Origin: a candidate division WOR-3 bacterium
GTDB taxonomy: Bacteria > Hydrothermota > Hydrothermia > B15-G9 > WFZT01
NCBI GenBank assembly: GCA_027053075.1
Contig: JALUEE010000066.1
Location: 1-12,140, forward strand
Reading direction: 5' to 3'
Length of the DNA: 12,140 nucleotides
The notes beneath the pieces were generated by a model. That model saw only the letters and a list, made by a program, of their open reading frames with translations, searched no databases and was not told where the DNA came from. Shown one piece after another: positions 1 through 6,735 of the stretch. Position 1 is the stretch's first letter, and every line of letters begins with the position of its first letter. The position numbers and the translations under genes are program-made.

Positions 1-50
1 ACCATCTCCTCCCGAAGTGTTTTCCCTATATTTTTAGTGATAACCATCAT
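1..50 (-). CDS. Possible 5' end of a divergently transcribed gene running off the left edge (product unknown)
   Basis: The minus strand reads ATG ATG GTT ATC... (MMVITKNIGKTLREEM...) open from 50 to the edge, with in-frame ATGs at 50, 47 and 5 and a GGAGG at 12-8. A minus-strand promoter lies just upstream. The start codon is uncertain. Confidence 0.4.
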   Translation of the reverse strand, partial: MMVITKNIGKTLREEM

Positions 51-64
51 AAATAACAACAAAC

Positions 65-93
65 ATTATAGAAGGAACAAGGTGGGGGGTAAA
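65..93 (-). promoter_or_regulatory. Putative divergent sigma70-type promoter
   Basis: Minus strand TTTACC (93-88), 17 nt, then a perfect TATAAT (70-65). Confidence 0.5.
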
Positions 94-146
94 TTTTTCC
101 TCAAAAATCAAAGAATTTGAGATTTTTCGAACAGGTCCACCCGGGG

Positions 147-175
147 TTGACAGGTTGTGGAGGTATGGGTAAAAT
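147..175 (+). promoter_or_regulatory. Sigma70-type promoter of the gntR-sdh-prpF-dct operon
   Basis: Perfect -35 TTGACA (147-152), 17-nt spacer, -10 TAAAAT (170-175). Predicted +1 near 182. Confidence 0.8.
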
Positions 176-176
176 C

Positions 177-195
177 TGGATACCATGGTATACCA
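177..195. promoter_or_regulatory. Putative GntR/FadR-family operator (tandem TGGATACCA + TGGTATACCA)
   Basis: Perfect palindrome TGGTATACCA (186-195) abutting a near-copy TGGATACCA (177-185). It matches the TGGT-N-ACCA / GT-N-AC type of FadR-subfamily box and covers the predicted +1 of a GntR gene. Confidence 0.65.
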
Positions 196-889
196 AAATA
201 TGCCAGACATTGAACATGAGTTGAAAGAGATTTTTGATAGGTATTCGCCAGATGTACGTATTTCAGACAGAATTTACTCCGCACTTCGAGAGGCTATTTC
301 AAAGGGTCTGCTTTCCCCTGGAACAGGTCTCAGGGAAAGGAAGATTGCCTCTCTCCTCAATGTAAGCCGGACACCTGTTCGGGAAGCCATTCAAAGGCTT
401 CAGCAGGACGGTTTTCTGGTTAGCAGCGACGCCAAGAAAATAGTCGTAAATAAGCCGGGGGTAAAAGACATCGAGGATATTTATGACATTAGAATTGGCC
501 TCGAAGGCACCGCCGCGCGCCTTGCGGCAAGAAGGGCCACAGAAATTGATATCGAAAGGCTCGAGGCAGTGCTTAAAACCGCCCGAAAAAATATCCACAA
601 CCTTGAGCTTCAGGTCCAGCTCAACTCACAATTTCACAACATAATCGCCGAATCTACAAGAAATGTGAGGCTCCGCTGCCTCATATCCCTTTATCATGAC
701 CTTGTTCAGACCGTCCATTACACCTCATTGAGATATCCGGGAAGGGTCGAAGAAGCCATAAGTGAGCACGAGCTTATTTTAAAAGCCATAAAAGAGCGAA
801 ACGAGAATCTCGCCATGGAAAATGCCATAAAGCACATGGAAAATGCAAGGCGTGTAAGAATTAAACTAATGCTTGAATCCCGGACTTAG
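185..889 (+). CDS. GntR family transcriptional regulator (FadR subfamily, FCD domain)
   Basis: N-terminal wHTH (LREAISKGLLSPGTGLRERKIASLLNVSRTPVREAIQRL). C-terminal FCD domain with metal-binding residues (NSQFH, EH, HM). Alternative start at ATG 200. Confidence 0.93.
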   Translation: MVYQNMPDIEHELKEIFDRYSPDVRISDRIYSALREAISKGLLSPGTGLRERKIASLLNVSRTPVREAIQRLQQDGFLVSSDAKKIVVNKPGVKDIEDIYDIRIGLEGTAARLAARRATEIDIERLEAVLKTARKNIHNLELQVQLNSQFHNIIAESTRNVRLRCLISLYHDLVQTVHYTSLRYPGRVEEAISEHELILKAIKERNENLAMENAIKHMENARRVRIKLMLESRT

Positions 890-891
890 AA

Positions 892-2619
892 ATGGACTAC
901 AAAGAAATCAAGGCAGACGTTGTAATCATAGGTGGTGGAGGTGCAGCTCTAAGCGCGGCCATAAACGTAGGAAAAGACCTTGATACTCTCATTCTGGATA
1001 AGGGACAGGTTGGGAAAAGCGGCTGCTCTCCCAATGCCCACGGTGGCCTTGCCGTTCATTACAAAGACCCGAATGATGGGCCAGAAATCCATTTTGAAGA
1101 CACCCTTTTAAGCGGCGGCTTTTTAAACAATCAGGACCTTGTGCGTATCCTCGTGCAAAACACAAGTGAAATTGTTCCGATGCTTGAGCGGTATGGAGCT
1201 CTTTTTGACCGAGATGAGCAGGGCAATCTGCTTGTTCGGAGATTCGGCGGCCACCGTTACGCCCGGTCAGTTTTCTGCGGAGATGAGACAGGGCATGAGA
1301 TGATGAACGGCCTGAGAAGAGAAGTTTACAGGCTTGGCATACGTTACATTGATGAGGCATTTGTTACCCGACTCTTGCACGATGAGAATGGAGAAATTGC
1401 CGGTGTATTCTTTTATTATCTGCCGATAGGCGAATTTTATGTTGTCAAATCAAAATCAGTGGTGCTTGCCACGGCGGATGCGGCCGGCCTCTGGCCGGCC
1501 GCATCCGAAAGACAGCGTGGCGACGGCATATATATGGCACTGATGGCTGGTGCCGAAATAGCGGATATTGAGTTCATTCAATATCACCCCACACATGCCT
1601 GGTGGCCTCCTGGCGTCAGAGGGAGTGTCAGCGAAGCCTTCAGAGGCGAAGGCGGATGGCTCCTCAACAGCAAAGGCGAGAGATTCATGAAAAGATACGA
1701 CCCGGAAAATATGGAGCTTGCCACCAGAGATAAGGTTTCTGTTAGCATAATGATGGAAATCCGGGCAGGCCGCGGTGCTCCTCATGGAGGAATTTTTGCC
1801 TCGGTAACTCATCTACCCGCAAAATACGTCAAAAAGCGCCTCCCCGTCATTTACCAGAAATACAAAAACTTCGGTATTGACATCACAAAAGAGCCCATAG
1901 AAGTGAGGCCACGTCCCCACTATCTATGCGGTGGAGTCGTTATTGATGAGAACGCCGCAACAAAGGTTCCCGGTCTCTTTGCCGGTGGTGCCGTAACAGC
2001 AGGTGTTCACGGTGCCAACAGACTTGGCTCTAATGCCCTGACAGACATACTTGTTTTTGGCAAAATTGCAGGTAAGAACGCTGGAGAATTTGCGAGATCA
2101 AGAGAATACCACTCACCCAACAAAAATGAAATTGAACGAGAAATCAAAAGAATTAAGGAGATTTTTGATAAACCCTGGGGCAAAGATTCCATTAGCATTG
2201 GCAAGGTCAGGAGAGAACTTATTGAGCTTATGGACAAAGATGTGGGAGTTATTAGAAACGAATCCGGGCTCAAAGACGCAATTGAGAAATTAAATTACAT
2301 TAAACATGAGATTTCACCGCGAGTAACCCTTCGCGATAAATCAAAAACTTTCAATTTTGAGGTAAAGGACATACTGGAGTTGCCTTTCAGGATTGAACTC
2401 GGTATTGCCTCGGCAACGGCTGCACTGATGAGGAAAGAATCTCGCGGCACTCATTTCAGGGAGGACTACCCTCACCGGGATGACGAGAACTGGCTCAAAA
2501 ATATCGTCTTCTTCCTGAAAGACGGAGAATTAAAGGTGGAAACCCGGGAAGTTGAGCTTAAATACAAAAAACCTACTGACTTCCCGGAGTATGCAAAATC
2601 AAGGTCACCCTGGCATTGA
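892..2619 (+). CDS. sdhA: Succinate dehydrogenase/fumarate reductase family flavoprotein subunit (non-canonical, TfrA-like N-terminal motif)
   Basis: FAD-binding DVVIIGGGGA, plus RRFGGH, EFIQYHPT, SEAFRGEGG, ELATRD, HYLCGG, GVHGANRLGSN and C-terminal RKESRGTHFREDYP. Followed by Fe-S and two anchor subunits. The symbol denotes the family only; the substrate is uncertain. Confidence 0.9.
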   Translation: MDYKEIKADVVIIGGGGAALSAAINVGKDLDTLILDKGQVGKSGCSPNAHGGLAVHYKDPNDGPEIHFEDTLLSGGFLNNQDLVRILVQNTSEIVPMLERYGALFDRDEQGNLLVRRFGGHRYARSVFCGDETGHEMMNGLRREVYRLGIRYIDEAFVTRLLHDENGEIAGVFFYYLPIGEFYVVKSKSVVLATADAAGLWPAASERQRGDGIYMALMAGAEIADIEFIQYHPTHAWWPPGVRGSVSEAFRGEGGWLLNSKGERFMKRYDPENMELATRDKVSVSIMMEIRAGRGAPHGGIFASVTHLPAKYVKKRLPVIYQKYKNFGIDITKEPIEVRPRPHYLCGGVVIDENAATKVPGLFAGGAVTAGVHGANRLGSNALTDILVFGKIAGKNAGEFARSREYHSPNKNEIEREIKRIKEIFDKPWGKDSISIGKVRRELIELMDKDVGVIRNESGLKDAIEKLNYIKHEISPRVTLRDKSKTFNFEVKDILELPFRIELGIASATAALMRKESRGTHFREDYPHRDDENWLKNIVFFLKDGELKVETREVELKYKKPTDFPEYAKSRSPWH

Positions 2620-2620
2620 T

Positions 2621-3343
2621 ATGACTGCATACATTCCTGAAATAAAAAATCCAGATGCCATTTACACGATTTACATAAAAAGGTTTAACCCCGACACTGA
2701 TGCGGAGCCACACTGGGAAAGCTACAAAATTCCGCATGTAAAAAGCATGACCGTGATTGAAGCCCTCGAATATCTTCAGGACCAGGGAATTTACATTGCA
2801 TTCAGGGCCAACTGTCGTGAATTTACCTGCGGTTCATGTGCAATGACTATCAATGGAAAGCCCGGCCTTGCATGTATGACTCTCCTCAAGGATGGAATGC
2901 GAATCGAGCCACTCCGAGGCTATAAAGTTTTAAGAGACCTCGTTGTGGATACTTCTTTCGCCGGTGAGAAATTCAGGGAGCTTGAACTCTGGCCACACCT
3001 CGAGAACCCTGAAGCCAGGATCGAAAAAGTAAACATGAAGGTTCAGGAACGCTACAAAAACATCTACTCGAGGTGCATCGAGTGCTATTCCTGCCTGTCA
3101 GCATGTCCTCAATCTGACCCGGAAAGTACGGTTTATCCAGGACCTATGTGGATGCTACAAATTGCGAGACTTCACGAGCATCCGCTTGACACCATGGACA
3201 GGCTCGACCAGGCAGATAAAAATGGCGTATGGAATTGTGCCGGATGTTTCGAATGTGCTTCTGTGTGCCCAGTTAAGCTCTCTCCGGGCTCACTTGCGAG
3301 CTTTTTAAGACGCGAAATTATAAAAAAGGAGGTGGGATTATAA
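2621..3343 (+). CDS. sdhB: Succinate dehydrogenase/fumarate reductase family iron-sulfur subunit
   Basis: [2Fe-2S] motif CREFTCGSC...LAC, IEPL...VLRDLVVD, and two CxxCxxCxxxCP motifs. Start placed at ATG 2621, one nt after the flavoprotein stop, rather than at the TTG at 2552. Confidence 0.9.
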   Translation: MTAYIPEIKNPDAIYTIYIKRFNPDTDAEPHWESYKIPHVKSMTVIEALEYLQDQGIYIAFRANCREFTCGSCAMTINGKPGLACMTLLKDGMRIEPLRGYKVLRDLVVDTSFAGEKFRELELWPHLENPEARIEKVNMKVQERYKNIYSRCIECYSCLSACPQSDPESTVYPGPMWMLQIARLHEHPLDTMDRLDQADKNGVWNCAGCFECASVCPVKLSPGSLASFLRREIIKKEVGL

Positions 3344-3360
3344 AGAAAAACCACGGAGAA

Positions 3361-3711
3361 GTGTTCATAAACTGGACTGAAAGGACGATAAGAGGAGCAC
3401 CTCCGGGGCTAAATTCTTTCCTCTGGGTTTTGCATCGTTTTACAGGTCTCATAATAGTTACGTTTCTCCTACTCCACATCATAGCCTTCGCAGATTCTAT
3501 TTTTGGAGTTGCCGCAGCAAATCTAAACGCCTTTTTAAACTCAAAGGTCGTGGTGGTAATCACGGTCGAGAGCTTGATTTTTCACATGCTTAACGGGATT
3601 AAAATAATAGTAACAGACTTTTTGCCCTTTGCCGACCAGAAAAAGCTGGCGGCTGGAGTTTTGGTATTGTTTGTGCTCTTTAGCATAATCTTCTTTGAGG
3701 TGGGATTATGA
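3361..3711 (+). CDS. sdhC: Cytochrome b membrane anchor, SdhC-like
   Basis: HRFTG motif, His in LLLHII and FHMLNG, three hydrophobic segments. GTG start with poorly spaced SD; the true start may be the in-frame ATA at 3340 (see findings). Confidence 0.85.
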   Translation: MFINWTERTIRGAPPGLNSFLWVLHRFTGLIIVTFLLLHIIAFADSIFGVAAANLNAFLNSKVVVVITVESLIFHMLNGIKIIVTDFLPFADQKKLAAGVLVLFVLFSIIFFEVGL

Positions 3712-4010
3712 GGAATCCTGTGGGAAAAACTTCGTGGCTTACAGTTCGAATTACAGCGATAGTGCTTGTTGTGCTCCTCATAATCCACATCGGCGTGCAG
3801 CACTTCTCACTAACCATCAATGAATCAGGAGTAGTTATGGCCCTCCTCCTAATTTTTGCCCTCATCCACGGCGCCATAGGGACTCGGCGTATCATTCTCG
3901 ATTTCCGTGATTATTCCAGAAATTTCGAAAAAATTGTCACCCTCGCAATGATATTCATAATCCTCGTATTTGTCATAATTGGCTTGATCGTTTTACCAAA
4001 TAACATTTGA
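3708..4010 (+). CDS. sdhD: Hydrophobic membrane anchor, SdhD-like
   Basis: RITA...IIHIG and IHGAIGTRRIILDF (HxxxGxxxxxxD) motifs, three hydrophobic segments. ATGA overlap with sdhC, SD GAGGTG. Confidence 0.85.
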   Translation: MRNPVGKTSWLTVRITAIVLVVLLIIHIGVQHFSLTINESGVVMALLLIFALIHGAIGTRRIILDFRDYSRNFEKIVTLAMIFIILVFVIIGLIVLPNNI

Positions 4011-4023
4011 GAGGAGTGATACA

Positions 4024-5172
4024 ATGCAGAAAAAAATCAGGGCTGTGATAATGCGAGGGGGAACGAGTAAGGGGGTATTTTTCAGAGAGCAGGATTTACC
4101 TCAAGACAAAGAACTGCGAGATAGAATCATTACAAGAATTTTCGGAAGTCCTGACCCGTATGGCCGTCAAATCGACGGTCTCGGAGGGGCAACCTCAACT
4201 ACCAGCAAAGTAGCCATAATTGGAAAATCCGACTCTCCAGAATACGATGTCAACTACACATTTGGACAGGTTGCTATTAAAAAAAGGCTTATCGATTACC
4301 GGGGAAATTGTGGAAACCTATCATCTGCTGTGGGGCCATTCGCCATTGACGAAGGAATGGTAGAGGTTAGCGAGCCAATAACCAGGGTGAGAATATTCAA
4401 CACCAATACCAAAAAGCTAATCGTAGCAAATGTACCTGTGGAAAATGGAAAGGCAAAAGTTGAAGGTGATTATTACATCTCAGGTATTCCCTTTCCCGGG
4501 GCGAAGATTGCTCTCGAATTTTATGAGCCAGGTGGTGCTGTTACAGGAAAACTCTTACCTACAGGTAACGTCGTAGATACTCTCGAAATTCCCGGGATTG
4601 GTGAAGTGGAATTTTCATTTGTTGATGCCTCAAATCCAGTGATATTTATTGAAGCCAGGACCATTGGTCTTGAGGGTACGGAACTACCACCTGAGGTAGA
4701 TTCGAGGCCTGAAATACTCGAAATGCTTGACAGAATCAGAAGTTTTATAGGCGCGTTATACGGCTTTGGCAGCACGCCAGAAGAAGTGTCAAAAAATAGC
4801 CCTGCAGTTCCCAAGATTGCCTTTGTCTCGCCTCCCACAGACTACATATCCACATCAGGTAAAAAAATAAGCAAAGATGAGATAAGTCTAACAGCAAGAA
4901 TAATTTCAATGGGGAAACTTCACGCTGCCTATGCACTCACAGGTGCCATATGCACGGCAATCGCCTCAAGCATTCCCGGTACAATAGTGAACAGAGTTTC
5001 AAGAGGGCCTATCAAAAATGGAGAAGTGATCATAGGACACCCCGCAGGCGTTATGGAAGTTGTTCCATTTGTGAAACAAACGGAGACGGGATTTTTCGCT
5101 GAAAAAGCTATAGCATTTAGAACGGCGAGGCGAATTATGGAAGGTTTTGTTTACTATCCTGAGGCTTTTTGA
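4024..5172 (+). CDS. prpF: PrpF family isomerase (2-methylaconitate/aconitate cis-trans isomerase-like)
   Basis: MRGGTSKGVFF, GSPDPYGRQIDGLGGATSTTSK, catalytic GNCGN, SMGKLH, GHPAG, RTARRIMEG. SD GAGGAG at 4011-4016. Confidence 0.92.
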   Translation: MQKKIRAVIMRGGTSKGVFFREQDLPQDKELRDRIITRIFGSPDPYGRQIDGLGGATSTTSKVAIIGKSDSPEYDVNYTFGQVAIKKRLIDYRGNCGNLSSAVGPFAIDEGMVEVSEPITRVRIFNTNTKKLIVANVPVENGKAKVEGDYYISGIPFPGAKIALEFYEPGGAVTGKLLPTGNVVDTLEIPGIGEVEFSFVDASNPVIFIEARTIGLEGTELPPEVDSRPEILEMLDRIRSFIGALYGFGSTPEEVSKNSPAVPKIAFVSPPTDYISTSGKKISKDEISLTARIISMGKLHAAYALTGAICTAIASSIPGTIVNRVSRGPIKNGEVIIGHPAGVMEVVPFVKQTETGFFAEKAIAFRTARRIMEGFVYYPEAF

Positions 5173-5197
5173 AAGCACTTTTTAGGGAGGTGTAATT

Positions 5198-6184
5198 ATG
5201 AGATGGTTAAATAAAATGCTGGTCGTAGCAGTACTGGTGGCCTTTGGCTTTGCCTACAGCGCAGAGCCAGAGGTAACAATAAAATTCCCCCTCAAAGTCA
5301 GCCTCAAGCACCCCCGCACCCTGAAAACCCAGGAATTTGCCAAATGGGTAGAAAAGTATTCCAACGGTAAAATCAAAGTAGAAGTCTATCCCGGTTCACA
5401 GCTTTACAAGACCAAGGAGGGCCTGCAGGCACTCACTATGGGTGGCGTCGAGATGATGAATCCACCCAACGGTCACCTCGTTGCCTACAGTAAACTCTTT
5501 GATCTTATCGAGCTTCCGTTCATTTTCAATACTCCTCAGGATTTCTGGAACTTCCTGTATAGCGACATCGGCTGGAAAATCATCAAGAGCGCGGAGAAGT
5601 CCAACATCGTGGGACTCACCGCCATGGACGAAGGGCCCATGGTGATAGCGGCAAAAGACCACTTTGTAAAGAGTCCGAAGGATTTCAAAGGTATGAAGAT
5701 TAGAACCTCAGGACACCCGATCGTCGAGGATGCAATCAGAACCTTTGGTGGCTCAACGGTGAGACTTCCGCTCGGTGAGGTTTACACTGCTGCTCAGCAG
5801 GGTGTGATAAACGGAGTTTACACCACCTTTTCAGCCTACATGAAGAAACATCTCTATGAGGTTCTTCCATACGTCACTCTATTCCCCAACCACGGAGCAT
5901 ACGTGTGGGTTGCATCCAAGCAGTGGTGGGACAAGCTGCCACCTTATTACAAATACATAATTGAGACAGCGGCTAAATCTGCTGCAGCTGAGTATGATGT
6001 GGAAATATGGTCAAATCTTGACAATTACATTCAGCAGCTCAAATCCCATGGTGGACACTATTACAGACCAACTCCAAAGGATTTGAAGGCTATGGAAAAG
6101 GCCTTCTCCCCCAACTGGAAGAAGTACAAGGCGAAGTATGGGCCGATCTTTGATGATGTTCTAAAAGCGGCTAAAGGGAAATAA
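5198..6184 (+). CDS. dctP: TRAP transporter substrate-binding protein (DctP family)
   Basis: Signal peptide ending AYSA, SNGKIKVEVYPGSQL, ELPFIF, DFKGMKIR with the conserved carboxylate-binding Arg, EVYTAAQQGVING. SD GGGAGG. Confidence 0.92.
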   Translation: MRWLNKMLVVAVLVAFGFAYSAEPEVTIKFPLKVSLKHPRTLKTQEFAKWVEKYSNGKIKVEVYPGSQLYKTKEGLQALTMGGVEMMNPPNGHLVAYSKLFDLIELPFIFNTPQDFWNFLYSDIGWKIIKSAEKSNIVGLTAMDEGPMVIAAKDHFVKSPKDFKGMKIRTSGHPIVEDAIRTFGGSTVRLPLGEVYTAAQQGVINGVYTTFSAYMKKHLYEVLPYVTLFPNHGAYVWVASKQWWDKLPPYYKYIIETAAKSAAAEYDVEIWSNLDNYIQQLKSHGGHYYRPTPKDLKAMEKAFSPNWKKYKAKYGPIFDDVLKAAKGK

Positions 6185-6194
6185 GGAAGTGTTT

Positions 6195-6231
6195 AGGGGG
6201 GCGGGACGCCCTGCGCGCGTCCCGCCCCCCT
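6195..6231. other. GC-rich stem-loop between dctP and dctQ (mRNA stabiliser or partial terminator)
   Basis: Perfect 15-bp inverted repeat AGGGGGGCGGGACGC (6195-6209) / GCGTCCCGCCCCCCT (6217-6231), 7-nt loop, no U-tract. Confidence 0.75.
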
Positions 6232-6246
6232 CATTACAAATTCCCT

Positions 6247-6735
6247 ATGAAAGAAAAATTCCTCAAAATAGAGAAGAAACTTGTTGTTATCGAAGAGTAC
6301 GTCGCCACGATTCTTATTACCGCTACCATTTTCGTATCCATTTATTCCATTCTTATGAGATGGTTTGGGAAAAGTACCGGTGACTGGGTACTTGAGCTCC
6401 CCATCAACCTGCTCGCATGGGGAACTTTCATCGGGGCCGGTGCCGCAATCCATTACCACAAGCATGTTCAGGCCGAGATATTTGTTGATCGACTCCCTCC
6501 GGGAATAAGAAAGGCCATTTTTATTTTTGATTACATTTTGCTCCTCGCCCTCTCCGTTTTTCTGCTTTACTATGGCACAAAAAATGTGATTTTCTACATT
6601 CACTCCGGGGAAAGGCTCTATCTCATGTTCAACACACCCACATTTATCGTTCGGACAGTCGTTCCCGTCGCAGCGCTTCTCTGGATTTTTCACTTCTTCA
6701 TGAGACTCATAGAAGTGAAAAAGGAGATCAAATAG
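6247..6735 (+). CDS. dctQ: TRAP transporter small permease (DctQ family)
   Basis: 162 aa, four hydrophobic segments, WVLEL...WGTFIGA...KHVQAEIFVDRLP motif, lies between dctP and dctM. Confidence 0.9.
   Translation: MKEKFLKIEKKLVVIEEYVATILITATIFVSIYSILMRWFGKSTGDWVLELPINLLAWGTFIGAGAAIHYHKHVQAEIFVDRLPPGIRKAIFIFDYILLLALSVFLLYYGTKNVIFYIHSGERLYLMFNTPTFIVRTVVPVAALLWIFHFFMRLIEVKKEIK

Noticed and set aside
892..2619. L-aspartate oxidase (nadB) assignment for the flavoprotein
   Set aside because: It also lacks the covalent-FAD His, but it is followed by Fe-S and membrane anchor subunits and there is no nadA/nadC context.
2552..2620. Upstream TTG start of the Fe-S subunit given in the ORF track
   Set aside because: It overlaps the flavoprotein by 68 nt with no family-like sequence. 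ATG 2621 directly follows the stop codon.
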